The notes below the pieces were generated by a model, which searched no databases, had not been told where the DNA came from, and saw only the letters and a program-made list of their open reading frames with translations. Position numbers and translations under genes: made by a program. 64,000 nucleotides of DNA from an uncultured Fibrobacteria bacterium (GTDB taxonomy: Bacteria; Fibrobacterota; Fibrobacteria; UBA11236), in contig OY970309.1 of NCBI GenBank assembly GCA_963716395.1, forward strand, positions 1,600,001-1,664,000, given 5' to 3'. Positions within the stretch are counted from its first letter, which is position 1; every line of letters begins with the position of its first letter. Shown piece by piece: positions 9,821 to 19,245 of the stretch.

Positions 9821-10786
9821 TCAGCCGCGTTCGCGGCGGATGCGGATGATGAGATCGACCTGATCCTGCCCCATGCGCAGGCGGCGGGCGATTTCCGAAG
9901 GGGTCATGCCTTTGCGGGCATAGCGTAATACCTCTTCGCGTTGCCGTTCCAGTTGCTCGAACTCGGTGGTTTCGGGCATTTTTCCGAGGGGAGGATCGTC
10001 GGTGGTTTCGGCGTCGGTCCTGGGTGCCGATAACGCATGCGCGCCTTCGTCTTCCATGGACAGCGCAGGTACGGTCCACACCGCGTCGGGGTCGGGGGGC
10101 GGAACCGGAGGCGCTGCGGAGAGGTCTTCGAGAAATTCCAGATCCACTTTGCCCACCCGCGGCGGTTCGGTCGGCGCGGTTTCGGGCTCTTGGAACAGCG
10201 GTTCGACGGGCCGTGTGGTCGGCCCAGGCGAAGGTTCGTCCCAGGGGGCGGCCGTGTCGGCTTCAGCGGGTTTGGCGGGTTCGTCGCCGCGTCGCGCCGC
10301 GGTTTGCAAATGTGCCATCTCCTCGGCTTTGCGATTTTCGATCCCGAAGTGCCGAGGTGCTTGCGTCGCGGCGGTCTTGGACCCCAGGGCGCGGCCGGCC
10401 AAGGCGCCCGCGATGGGAAAACCGAGTCCGAGGGCCGCCAGCCACATCCACAGATCGCCGACCCACACTCCGAATCCCGACAGCGAAGCATGGGATTGCG
10501 ATTGCACCCATGCTCCCAACTGGCCGCGCAAAGCGGTGTATCGACGCCAGGCGTTCTCCTGTGCGGTTTTCAAATCGTCCGGAACCTTCGGCGCCGCGGC
10601 GATTTGCTGTTCGCGCTGCTGCAAGCCAAGGTATTCGCTTTGCATTTCCCGTTTCCAAGTCGGTAGCTTATGGCCCGCAAGGGCCAGGACCGTCACGCGC
10701 ACGGGCGTCAGATAGACGACTCCCGTCACAGCCACGAAGGCGACAAACCCCCATCCGACTCCCGGCCAAATTTTACTGCGTTTCAT
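9821..10786 (-). CDS. Membrane protein with C-terminal HTH-like domain (DUF6115/DUF2802-like, flagellar-associated)
   Basis: Two hydrophobic segments, an acidic Pro-rich linker, and C-terminal EEVLRYARKGMTPSEIARRLRMGQDQVDLII. Confidence 0.65.
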   Translation of the reverse strand: MKRSKIWPGVGWGFVAFVAVTGVVYLTPVRVTVLALAGHKLPTWKREMQSEYLGLQQREQQIAAAPKVPDDLKTAQENAWRRYTALRGQLGAWVQSQSHASLSGFGVWVGDLWMWLAALGLGFPIAGALAGRALGSKTAATQAPRHFGIENRKAEEMAHLQTAARRGDEPAKPAEADTAAPWDEPSPGPTTRPVEPLFQEPETAPTEPPRVGKVDLEFLEDLSAAPPVPPPDPDAVWTVPALSMEDEGAHALSAPRTDAETTDDPPLGKMPETTEFEQLERQREEVLRYARKGMTPSEIARRLRMGQDQVDLIIRIRRERG

Positions 10787-10871
10787 GGGTTCTCATCGCA
10801 AAATGTACTCGCATCCCCTGGTGAAATCGCTGGGAAGGGCACGCGCCTTTTGATATAGTTTTTCGGGTAGT

Positions 10872-11495
10872 ATGGCCAAGTTTATTTTGCGTTACCAGAA
10901 TCAAACGGTATCGGAACACAATCTGGGCCCGGGATTCAACAACATCGGGCGGCTGCCTTCAAACTCGATCCGCGTGGATAACCCCGGCATCTCGCGGCAA
11001 CACGCTTTTGTTTTGGGCGATGCGGGCGGCGGAATTTTCGTGATCGAGGATTTGGAAAGCCTGAACGGCACCTATGTGAACAAGCGCCGGGTGCAGAAGC
11101 ATTGGCTGCGTCCGGGCGATGTGGTGACGGTGGGACAACATACGCTGGAGTTTGTGGAAGACGAGGGTGGGTCGACGGCTGTCGGCGCACCGGCGGCCCA
11201 CGAACCCTATCTCGAGGAATTGCCTGCGGGAAAAAAACATGCTCTGCACAAAGACGTGGTCTACTTCGGCAACAGCAGCGCCGATGATATTCAGATTCCC
11301 GGTCTCATGGTGGGCAAGAATTTCGCCAGCTTGAATCGCAAAGGCAATATCTGGGTCGCCAACCTGCTGGTCAAACGCTTTTCGCAACTGCGTCTGAACG
11401 ATGAGGAAATCCATTCGGCCAAGGTCGAAGACGGAGACGCGCTGGAAGTGGCCGGTGTGAAATTCGTGCTGCACTTGCCCGGCTCCGCGATTTAA
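10872..11495 (+). CDS. FHA domain protein (one canonical and one degenerate FHA-like domain)
   Basis: IGRLPSN...ISRQHA...DLESLNGTYVN; second half YFGNSSADDIQI...VEDGDALEVAG. Confidence 0.9.
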   Translation: MAKFILRYQNQTVSEHNLGPGFNNIGRLPSNSIRVDNPGISRQHAFVLGDAGGGIFVIEDLESLNGTYVNKRRVQKHWLRPGDVVTVGQHTLEFVEDEGGSTAVGAPAAHEPYLEELPAGKKHALHKDVVYFGNSSADDIQIPGLMVGKNFASLNRKGNIWVANLLVKRFSQLRLNDEEIHSAKVEDGDALEVAGVKFVLHLPGSAI

Positions 11496-11500
11496 AGCCC

Positions 11501-11519
11501 CGCCGGAAGATGCCCGGCG
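11501..11519. terminator. Short hairpin between convergent FHA and flgL genes
   Basis: CGCCGG-aagatgc-CCGGCG inverted repeat; no clear U-tract. Confidence 0.3.
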
Positions 11520-12692
11520 TCAGAGAAAATCCATCAAGGTGTGCTGGATCGATTGCGCACCCATCTGCAGGGTGGCGGTGAACACCGATTGCTGCAAGGC
11601 CAACTGGCTGGTGGCCGCGGCAAAATCCACGTCTTCGAGATTGGACTGCTGATCGGTCAGATTGGTGTTCTGCGTGGCGCCGCGGTTTTGCGCGGCGGTC
11701 AATGCGTTGACGCGCGCTCCGTTTTGCGCCTGCGCCGCCAAATTGCGGTTCAGCGCCGCGCTCAGGGGGTCGACGCTGTCCTCGATCTGGGTCGAATTGT
11801 TGTTGTTGAGACCTGCCAGCAAGTTAATCACGGCGGCAAAGGTGTTGCCTTGCGCATCTGATCCCGAACCGTATGCGTCGCTGGCCGTGGTGTTGATTTG
11901 CGCCGTTTGGTTCTGTGCGACCGAGCGGTTGATGGCGCCGTCGAGATCGGCCTCGTTGCGGCGAATCCAGCTGAAGCCGACCTGCAAATTGCCGCCGCCC
12001 ACGGCGGCCAGGGCGGCCGTGCCCGGCGGCAGGAAGGTGATGGTGCCCTTGACGTAATCGACGGTGTAATCCGTGCCTTCCTGGAGCCCGTTGATGCTCA
12101 AGGTTCCCGGAATGACATCGTAGGCGTTGGCCGCCCCTGAAGGCGAATCGGCCGAATCGGTGACCTTGGTGTCGACGAGCTGGATGGGCTGCCCGATTGT
12201 TCCGGCGGTGAGTTGGGCAGCGGTGATTTGCGCCGAACCATCTTGCTCGGTGAAAGGGGGAGCCTGGGTGTTGGTGCCCGAAAACACGTAATCCCCCTGA
12301 TACGTGGTGTTGGCCACGGCGACCATCTGATCGAGATTGCTGCGCACTTGCTGAGCAATCGACGCCCGGTTCAAGGCCGTCAGGGTGCCGGTGGCGCCTT
12401 GCAGGGCCAGTTGCTGGGTGTTTTGAATCAGCTGGTTATTGCCGTTCAGGGTGGTGTCGATCGTCGCCAGATACGCGCTGCCGTCGCTGATGTTGCGGGT
12501 GTATTGGGTGTTCTGCGCCAGTTGGGTGCGCACCTGCAAATCTTCGGCCGCGCCCACGGGATCGTCCGAAGGTTTATTGATGCGCTTGCCGGTGGAAAGC
12601 TGCTGCTGCAGATTCATGATCTTGGCGTAGTTGAGTTGAATCTCCTGCAAGATGTCAGTCGTGGCTTGCCCGAAAGTAACGCGCGAGGTCAT
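11520..12692 (-). CDS. flgL: Flagellar hook-associated protein 3
   Basis: QQQLSTGKRINKPSDDPVG, GDYVFSG and C-terminal EDVDFAAA...TLMDFL. Confidence 0.93.
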   Translation of the reverse strand: MTSRVTFGQATTDILQEIQLNYAKIMNLQQQLSTGKRINKPSDDPVGAAEDLQVRTQLAQNTQYTRNISDGSAYLATIDTTLNGNNQLIQNTQQLALQGATGTLTALNRASIAQQVRSNLDQMVAVANTTYQGDYVFSGTNTQAPPFTEQDGSAQITAAQLTAGTIGQPIQLVDTKVTDSADSPSGAANAYDVIPGTLSINGLQEGTDYTVDYVKGTITFLPPGTAALAAVGGGNLQVGFSWIRRNEADLDGAINRSVAQNQTAQINTTASDAYGSGSDAQGNTFAAVINLLAGLNNNNSTQIEDSVDPLSAALNRNLAAQAQNGARVNALTAAQNRGATQNTNLTDQQSNLEDVDFAAATSQLALQQSVFTATLQMGAQSIQHTLMDFL

Positions 12693-12706
12693 GGGGAAAT
12701 CCTTTC

Positions 12707-14389
12707 TCACATGTTCATCAGCACATCGAGCATGGACTGAACCGTGGTGACGATGCGGGCCGAAGCCTGGTACGAGTTTTGGTACTTGATGAGGTTGGTC
12801 ATTTCCTCGTCGAGCGAAACCCCCGAGACGGATGTTTGCTCCTGTTGGAGCTGGGTCACGAGATTGTTTTGGGTTTGCAGGCCGTTGGTGCTTTGGGTGC
12901 GCGCCGCGCCGAGATCGCCCACGACCGACGAATAGTAGTCGGAGAAGGTTTGGGTGGCGTTGCCGCTGGAATCGGGCGCCATGGAATTCTGCTGGGCCAA
13001 CTGCGAAATCGCCAGGGCGTTCGAGCCGTCGCCGACGCCGGGAAAACCGTTTTGCGCATAGCGCAGGTTGACGGTGATGTTGTCGCCCGCGGCGAATTTA
13101 TTGTAATTGAGAAAGGTGATGGTGCCCTGCGCATAGTCGACGATGTAGTCCTTGCCCGCGCCTTCCTGCAAGGTTTGTCCGTTGCTGTCGAGGGTAATCT
13201 GCACGCTACCATTCACCAGATAGCGGTAATTGGGATCGATGGTTTTCAGATCCAAGGTGGGCGCGGTTTGGGCCGGAATGCCGCCGGCCGGACTCACGGT
13301 CGCCGACGCCGTGGTGCCGCCCGACGCGGCGGCGATATTGTTGGGATCGGCCAGCACCGCGTCCGACAGGCTGATGGTGCCGGCGGTGGTGTCGTTGGGA
13401 TTGAAAAAATCGATGCCGGTATCCTGGTTCATATTGAAGCCGGTTTCGTGCAGGGCGTTCACACTTTGCACCAGACCTTTCGCCAGCGAGTCGAGTTTGT
13501 CCTGATACGACGGAATGATGGTTTGTTCGACGTCGAGGATGCCTTTGAGTTGACCGGTCGCCGGCTGCACCACCTGTTTGTTGCTCTGCAGGCGGACTCC
13601 GAAAGTGGGTTGCTGGGTGCCATCGGCTTGCGTGACCGTGGTCCCATAGGTTTCGAGCTGTTGATAACTGGACGGACCCACCATCAGCACACCGCCCGAG
13701 GTGATGGAAACGCGCCCCTGCGCGTCCTCGGTGGTGGTCACGTCCATAAGCTGCGACAACTGGGTCACCAACTGGTTGCGTTGATCGCGGCTGTCGTTGG
13801 CGTTGCCGTTCGGTTGCGCCTCTTCGGAGGAGATGGTTTTGTTCAGCGCCGAGATCTGCTGCATCAGGTTGTTGGCCTGGGTGACCGTGTCTCCCAGCAC
13901 GCCCTGCTGTTGGCTTTGGTATTGCTGCAGCCCCTGGGTCAAGCCGTGCAAGTTGTCGGTCAGAGTTCCGGCCGCGGCGCTCAGGGCTTCGCGCGTCGAC
14001 AAATCGCCGGGATTGTTGGCCAAATCCTGCCACGCGCTGAAGAAACTGTTGAGATTGTCATTCAGGCTTCCGTTCTGCGGTTCGTTAAACAGATTTTCCA
14101 CCTGCCCCAAGGCCGCGTCGACCTGGGTGTAATATCCCTGCTGCCCGGATTGGCTCTGGATTTGTTGATCGAGGAAAGCATCGCGGATGCGCGTGATATC
14201 GGCCACGTCGACACCCATGCCCATTTCGCCGTAGGTGCCATCGGGCCGGCTGAGCGGTTGGAGATCGATCTGCTTGCGCGAATACCCTTCGGTGTTGGCG
14301 TTCGAGATATTCTGCCCGGTGACGTCGATGGCGGTTTGCGAGGCATTGAGCCCGGTCAACGCCACGCTCAGGGAACTGAACAGCGACAT
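12707..14389 (-). CDS. flgK: Flagellar hook-associated protein 1
   Basis: GQNISNANTEGYSRK, ITRIRDAFLD and SGVSLDEEMTNLIKYQNSYQASAR. Confidence 0.96.
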   Translation of the reverse strand: MSLFSSLSVALTGLNASQTAIDVTGQNISNANTEGYSRKQIDLQPLSRPDGTYGEMGMGVDVADITRIRDAFLDQQIQSQSGQQGYYTQVDAALGQVENLFNEPQNGSLNDNLNSFFSAWQDLANNPGDLSTREALSAAAGTLTDNLHGLTQGLQQYQSQQQGVLGDTVTQANNLMQQISALNKTISSEEAQPNGNANDSRDQRNQLVTQLSQLMDVTTTEDAQGRVSITSGGVLMVGPSSYQQLETYGTTVTQADGTQQPTFGVRLQSNKQVVQPATGQLKGILDVEQTIIPSYQDKLDSLAKGLVQSVNALHETGFNMNQDTGIDFFNPNDTTAGTISLSDAVLADPNNIAAASGGTTASATVSPAGGIPAQTAPTLDLKTIDPNYRYLVNGSVQITLDSNGQTLQEGAGKDYIVDYAQGTITFLNYNKFAAGDNITVNLRYAQNGFPGVGDGSNALAISQLAQQNSMAPDSSGNATQTFSDYYSSVVGDLGAARTQSTNGLQTQNNLVTQLQQEQTSVSGVSLDEEMTNLIKYQNSYQASARIVTTVQSMLDVLMNM

Positions 14390-14392
14390 GGC

Positions 14393-14989
14393 TCAGGCCT
14401 TGCGGTTCACCAGACTGCGCAATTGACGGCGGTGCAATTGCGATTGACCCTGCCGCGTATACAGGCGGTGGCGCTCGGCCGGGCTGCGTCCCGCCACGCT
14501 GGTGATGGCCGACAAGGTGGCGGCCACCAGGCGCTGACCGTTCTCGGCCAGAGCCGTGTTGATGCGCGCCGTATCCTGCGCTTCGCGCAAGAGCGGCCGC
14601 AGGGCGTCGCGCGCCGCCAGCAGACGGCGGGCCGCTTCCGCTTCGAGGTGCGGAACCAGCTCTTCGCATTTGGCCGATGGTTTCACAGCCGGCCGCGTGA
14701 ACCAGCCTTCGGTGGGACTGCGGCGATACAGGCCGGCTTTTTCCAGGATCGCCGCCACCCAGGCTTCGCGGTCGACGTCGAGTTGCAACAGCCGCGCCAG
14801 CACGCCGTCGATGGCGGCGTTGGCTTCGGCGAGATGCGCCATCGCGCCATGAATTAAAGCGTGACGTTGGTCGCGGAGCAAAACAAGGTAGTCGCGGTAG
14901 GCTTCGGTTTGCATTTCGAGATTGCGCGCTAGGGCGTGGCCGGGATTTTTTTCCGGCTCCGGAACGCGACGGTGCGGCACGGTGATCAT
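14393..14989 (-). CDS. flgN: Flagellar export chaperone FlgN-like
   Basis: Helical protein directly upstream of flgK; INTALAENG...YTRQG tail pattern. Confidence 0.7.
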   Translation of the reverse strand: MITVPHRRVPEPEKNPGHALARNLEMQTEAYRDYLVLLRDQRHALIHGAMAHLAEANAAIDGVLARLLQLDVDREAWVAAILEKAGLYRRSPTEGWFTRPAVKPSAKCEELVPHLEAEAARRLLAARDALRPLLREAQDTARINTALAENGQRLVAATLSAITSVAGRSPAERHRLYTRQGQSQLHRRQLRSLVNRKA

Positions 14990-15867
14990 GGCGAATCTCC
15001 TTGCGCAACGTGGTTGCGCATTTGCAGCACACGGCTGACATAATCCTGGGTTTCGGGATAGGGCGGGATGCCGCCGAAGCGATCGACGGTCGCAGGCCCG
15101 GCATTGTAACCGGCCAGGGCCAGGCCTTCGTTGCCGTGGTAGCGGTCGAGCAGGGTGCGCAGGTAGCGCGCCCCGCCCATGACGTTCTGGAGGGGATCGA
15201 AGGGGTTCGCCACCCCCATCGCCGCCGAGGTCGTATCGGTCAATTGCATCAAGCCTTTGGCGCCTTTGGAAGACACGGCGGCGGGGTCACCCGCCGATTC
15301 GGCATGGATGACGCTGCGTAACAAATCGGCCGGCACGTCGTATTGCTGCGACGCTGCCTGCACCAGCGGATTCAATTGCGCGGGTGGCAGCGCCGCGCCT
15401 CCCGAGGATGGGACCGCAGGCGTCGGCGCGCCTTTGAGTCCGGCGATATCGGTCGGCGTCAAGGTGCGTCCACTTTGCCGCAAGGAGCGATAAATTTCCG
15501 CGGCCAGCGAATTTGAAGTGCCGTTCTGGGCGGCGGTTAATCCCGCGAGTCCCGAGGTGAGCGGCGAACTCGCTGGTGCGGCCGCGACATCTTGATCGAA
15601 CATGTCGGTGAACATGTTGCGCGCAAACGAGGGTTGGGTCAGGTCGCTGTGGTCCACGGTTTGGCGCATCGACTTGTACAGTTGGGTGAGAAACATGGTT
15701 TGAAAATCGAGACTGGTTTTCCAGCGCTGCATTTCCGCGGCCGACGATCCCGCCGCGGCCTTGGGGCCGGCGTTTGCCGCCGGAGATGTCGGCGGGTGCG
15801 AGGCCAGCGCTGCTTCGGCTTGCAAAAGATTCAGGCTCTGTAGGCCGGAGGCATCGGGTATGGGCAT
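14986..15867 (-). CDS. flgJ: FlgJ-like rod-binding domain fused to an SLT lytic transglycosylase
   Basis: N-terminal DFQTMFLTQLYKSMRQTV...MFTDMFDQ; C-terminal IHAESAG...SSKGAKGLMQL...ALAGYNAGP...PPYPETQDYV. Confidence 0.8.
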   Translation of the reverse strand: MPIPDASGLQSLNLLQAEAALASHPPTSPAANAGPKAAAGSSAAEMQRWKTSLDFQTMFLTQLYKSMRQTVDHSDLTQPSFARNMFTDMFDQDVAAAPASSPLTSGLAGLTAAQNGTSNSLAAEIYRSLRQSGRTLTPTDIAGLKGAPTPAVPSSGGAALPPAQLNPLVQAASQQYDVPADLLRSVIHAESAGDPAAVSSKGAKGLMQLTDTTSAAMGVANPFDPLQNVMGGARYLRTLLDRYHGNEGLALAGYNAGPATVDRFGGIPPYPETQDYVSRVLQMRNHVAQGDSP

Positions 15868-15906
15868 GGCGGACTCGGGTTGAAATTTCCCTTGAACGTT
15901 GCCAGA

Positions 15907-15922
15907 CGCAAACCCTATGCCA
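15907..15922 (-). promoter_or_regulatory. Sigma-54 (-24/-12) promoter of the flgJ-flgN-flgK-flgL operon
   Basis: TGGCAT-AGGGT-TTGCG closely matches TGGCAC-N5-TTGC(A/T), about 40 bp upstream of the ATG at 15867. Confidence 0.75.
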
Positions 15923-16107
15923 CGCGCCCGTTTCTGCAACGCAGCCGAATTCGGCGCATGCCGCCGATATGCCGTTTCCATTCCTGCCGGGACCAGCAAT
16001 TTTTTCCACCCCTGAGTGGGTAGGCGCGGGACGAAAATCGGGGTAAAATCAAAAAACCTTATGGCTTTTGGGTTTCGATCCGATATTCGGAAAGAGAAGG
16101 AGCTTGC

Positions 16108-16728
16108 GTGTTTTTTGCATCGGGTATGGACGGATTACGATCGATAGCACCTCTGGAAGAGTGGACCCGCGTCGCCCAGGCCGGCGTGATCGCACCTGAA
16201 CACGATTCCGACGAAGGCGGGGGCGCCGAAGGTTTCCACCGCCCCCCTCCGCGGCGCAAAGCGGCGCAGGCCTATGCGGCGGCGCGGCGGGCGCTGCCGC
16301 CCGAGCCCATTCTCACCGCCGACAAAGCCATGCAGGCACCGGCGCATTGCGTGCGTGCCGAAGTCCCTCTGGAAGAGGCCGAACACCTGATGCGCGTCAA
16401 GGGCGTCGGACATCTGCCCGTGCTGGCAAAAGAGGGCTTGCTGGTGGGCGTACTCTCCGATCATGATTTGTTGCGCCTGCGCGTCCATCCGCCGCAGGGG
16501 CTGGAATGGTCTGAAGTGTTGGCACGGCCCGTGGGCGAATTCATGGCCTCGCCCGCCTTCGCGGTGGGCCCCGAAGCCGACATCCGTTATATCGCCGCCA
16601 TGCTGCTCGACAAGCGGGTGGGATGTGCGCCGGTGATCAATACCGCAGGCGAGGTGCTCGGCATCATTACCCGTACCGACATTCTGCAAGGCTTCGTTAA
16701 ACATCCGCCCCTGCGTCTTTGGGCCTGA
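16108..16728 (+). CDS. CBS-domain pair protein
   Basis: VGHLPVL...LVGVLSDHDL and VGCAPVI...VLGIITRTDIL; AAGGAG 5 nt before the GTG at 16108. Confidence 0.9.
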   Translation: MFFASGMDGLRSIAPLEEWTRVAQAGVIAPEHDSDEGGGAEGFHRPPPRRKAAQAYAAARRALPPEPILTADKAMQAPAHCVRAEVPLEEAEHLMRVKGVGHLPVLAKEGLLVGVLSDHDLLRLRVHPPQGLEWSEVLARPVGEFMASPAFAVGPEADIRYIAAMLLDKRVGCAPVINTAGEVLGIITRTDILQGFVKHPPLRLWA

Positions 16729-16768
16729 TCCCGTTGCGTTCGGGCCGTGGCCCGGTTAGGTTTGCGGC

Positions 16769-17569
16769 ATGTCCGCCGCCAAGATTCCGCCGCTGCTGGA
16801 AGTGCGCCATGCCACCGTGCAGCGGGAAGAAACCTTGGCGTTACGCCGGTTTTCCTGGACCGTGCGCGGCGGGGAGCATTGGGCGGTGCTGGGCCCCAAC
16901 GGTTCGGGCAAAAGCACCTTGGTACAGATGCTGCAAGGGTGGCTGTGGCCGCGCACGGGAACGCTGTCGGTGCTGGGGCGGAATTTCGGATCCGACGACG
17001 TGGCCGAATTGCGGCGGCATGTGGCCTGGGTCGGCCAGGAGGCCGAGGCCGAATCGCCGGCGCACCAAAGCGTGGGCGCCATCGCCGCTTCCGGAACCGT
17101 GGGTGCCTGGGGGTTGCAATTCGAACGGCCCGGAGGGCGGCAGCGCGCCCGGGCCCGGGCGGCGCTCCGCGCCTTGGGGCTTCTGCGTCTGGCCGATCGG
17201 CCATTCCGGCATTTAAGCCAGGGGCAACGCCGCCTGGTGGTGATTGCCCGCGCCTTGGCGATGCGGCCCCGGCTCCTGTTGCTCGACGAAGCCACGGGCG
17301 GGCTCGATCCCGTTGCCCGCGAACGGTTTCTTCGGCGCGTGGCCGGCTTGCTCCGCCCGCCCCACCATCCTGCCGTGATTTATGTCACGCATCATATCGA
17401 AGAAATTCTGCCGGGGTTCACCCATGTCTTGCTGCTGCGCGCCGGCCGCTGCGTGGCCGCCGGGCCGCGCCGCGACGTTCTGACGCCGGCGACGCTGCGC
17501 GCCACCTTTGGAACTCGTTTTACAGTGGCTTTTCGCGAAGGCCGGTATTGGGTGCGCTCGCTCGGTTAA
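16769..17569 (+). CDS. ABC transporter ATP-binding protein (ModF/YlmA-like)
   Basis: GEHWAVLGPNGSGKST, LSQGQRR, LLLLDE and YVTHHIEEI. Confidence 0.92.
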   Translation: MSAAKIPPLLEVRHATVQREETLALRRFSWTVRGGEHWAVLGPNGSGKSTLVQMLQGWLWPRTGTLSVLGRNFGSDDVAELRRHVAWVGQEAEAESPAHQSVGAIAASGTVGAWGLQFERPGGRQRARARAALRALGLLRLADRPFRHLSQGQRRLVVIARALAMRPRLLLLDEATGGLDPVARERFLRRVAGLLRPPHHPAVIYVTHHIEEILPGFTHVLLLRAGRCVAAGPRRDVLTPATLRATFGTRFTVAFREGRYWVRSLG

Positions 17570-17649
17570 GGCCGAGCGCAGCCCCGCGCGGATTGCGGGG
17601 ACCTTGCCGGTCCGATCCCACATCCGCCCCAGGCCAACAGGGTCGCGCT

Positions 17650-19245
17650 TTAATGCTCCATGGTGGGGGGGCGCAAGGGATTGGCGGTACCATCGTCGGT
17701 CTGCACCGGCGTGGCGGTCGCCGGCGTGGCGGCGGGCGTCGCCGCAGCGGCTGCGGGATTCGCACCCGGCGCAGCGCCCGTTTCGCCGGCTTCGGGGGCC
17801 GCATTTCCATAAACACCGGGATCGTTCCGGTCGGTGTTCGCCGACGTCGCCGAGGCCGTGGTACTGACCTCGCCGTTGCTCACGATATGCGGTGTGACGA
17901 ATACGATGAGATCGCGCTTGGTGGTCTGATGGGATTTGTGTTTGAACAGCCAGCCGAGAATGGGAATGTCCTTCAGCAGGGGAATGCCGGTTTCGACATC
18001 GGTTTCTTCTTTGGTGGTGAGTCCCGCAATCACCACGGTTTCGCCGTCGTTGACCAATACCGTGGTTTTGGCGTTTTCTTTCTCGAGAATCACTCCGGCC
18101 TGCGCGTCCACCCGATAGGAGTTTTTTTCGGGTTCGAGGTCGAGCAGGATGTGTCCGTCCCCGGTCACATGCGGCGTCACGGTGAGCGAGGTTCCCGCGT
18201 CTTCCAACTGGATGGCCTGACGGCCATTGACGTCCAGCACCTTCACCGGCACCTCTTCGCCCATGAAGATCCTGGCTTCGGTATTGTCGACCGTGGTGAT
18301 TTGCGGCTTGGCGAGAATCTCGCCGCGTGATTCACTGAGCAGATCGGCCACGGCCACGGCCAAATGGGTGTTGAGCAGGCCGAAGGCGAATTGCGATGTG
18401 GCTCCGGTCACACCGCCTACGCCGCTGCTGGTGGTGGTGCTGGAGGCCGTTCCCCCGGACGTCGAGGATTGGGAATTGGCGGTGATGCCGCCGGGATTGC
18501 TGGTTCCCACGGCATTGAAATTGCCTTTCAGCGAAGGATCGATTTTTCCCGGAGTGTTGAGCAGGGCTCCCACATGCCCTTGGCCGAATTGCCAATCCAC
18601 CCCCATCGATTGCAGGCCATCGGCGTCGACTTCGATCAATTGCGCCTGGATATTCACCTCGGGAGTGGGCACGTCGAGTTCGTCGATAGCCGCGCGGATT
18701 TCCCGGATGTTCTGGCGGGTGTCGAACACCAGGAAAGCATTGTTGCGCTCCACGTAGTTCACGCGCCCGCGCACCGATAAAAGCCCCTTGACCGACTCCA
18801 GCAGATCGCTTCCCTTGGCGTTGCGCAGGTGGATCACGTCGCGCACCAACGGCGCCAGGGCCCCGGTTTGCTGCATGGCGGTGGCGTTTTCCACCGAGCT
18901 CTTGTTGAATTCGCTGATGGGCTGCACGTAGAGGTAATCCTTCTCCACCGTGTACTTCAGGTTGAACATCTGGCACAGAATGATGAGCGCCTCCTGCCAG
19001 GTCTTGTCGGTGAGTTGCAGACTGGGGACGGTGCCGTTCACCGTCGGCGACACCACGATATCGACCCGGCCTGTGGCCGACAAGGCCTTGAAGGCCGAGC
19101 GCAAATCGGTGTTGGAAAAATTGAAGTTCTGGCGGAACTCCTGCGCATGCGAGGTCGAAAAGCTGGCGCCGAAGGCGGCGGAGTTCAGGGCCGTCAGCGT
19201 CGTGAACGCCATGATGGGGAAAAAACGCGCGTGCGAAAAGTTCAT
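17650..19245 (-). CDS. pilQ: Type IV pilus secretin
   Basis: N0 domain FSNTDLRSAF, EVNIQAQLIEV, ILAKPQITTVDN, GETVVIAGL and GIPLLKDIPILGWLF; last gene of the pilMNOP run. Confidence 0.9.
   Translation of the reverse strand: MNFSHARFFPIMAFTTLTALNSAAFGASFSTSHAQEFRQNFNFSNTDLRSAFKALSATGRVDIVVSPTVNGTVPSLQLTDKTWQEALIILCQMFNLKYTVEKDYLYVQPISEFNKSSVENATAMQQTGALAPLVRDVIHLRNAKGSDLLESVKGLLSVRGRVNYVERNNAFLVFDTRQNIREIRAAIDELDVPTPEVNIQAQLIEVDADGLQSMGVDWQFGQGHVGALLNTPGKIDPSLKGNFNAVGTSNPGGITANSQSSTSGGTASSTTTSSGVGGVTGATSQFAFGLLNTHLAVAVADLLSESRGEILAKPQITTVDNTEARIFMGEEVPVKVLDVNGRQAIQLEDAGTSLTVTPHVTGDGHILLDLEPEKNSYRVDAQAGVILEKENAKTTVLVNDGETVVIAGLTTKEETDVETGIPLLKDIPILGWLFKHKSHQTTKRDLIVFVTPHIVSNGEVSTTASATSANTDRNDPGVYGNAAPEAGETGAAPGANPAAAAATPAATPATATPVQTDDGTANPLRPPTMEH

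Noticed and set aside
12779-14857. Long antisense ORFs (for example 692 aa here, 682 aa at 42093, 620 aa at 48890)
   Set aside because: They mirror well-supported genes on the opposite strand, as expected with high-GC codon bias, and have no motifs.
16061-16086. Sigma-28 promoter before the CBS gene
   Set aside because: TCCGATAT is present, but the -35 element is poor; insufficient support.
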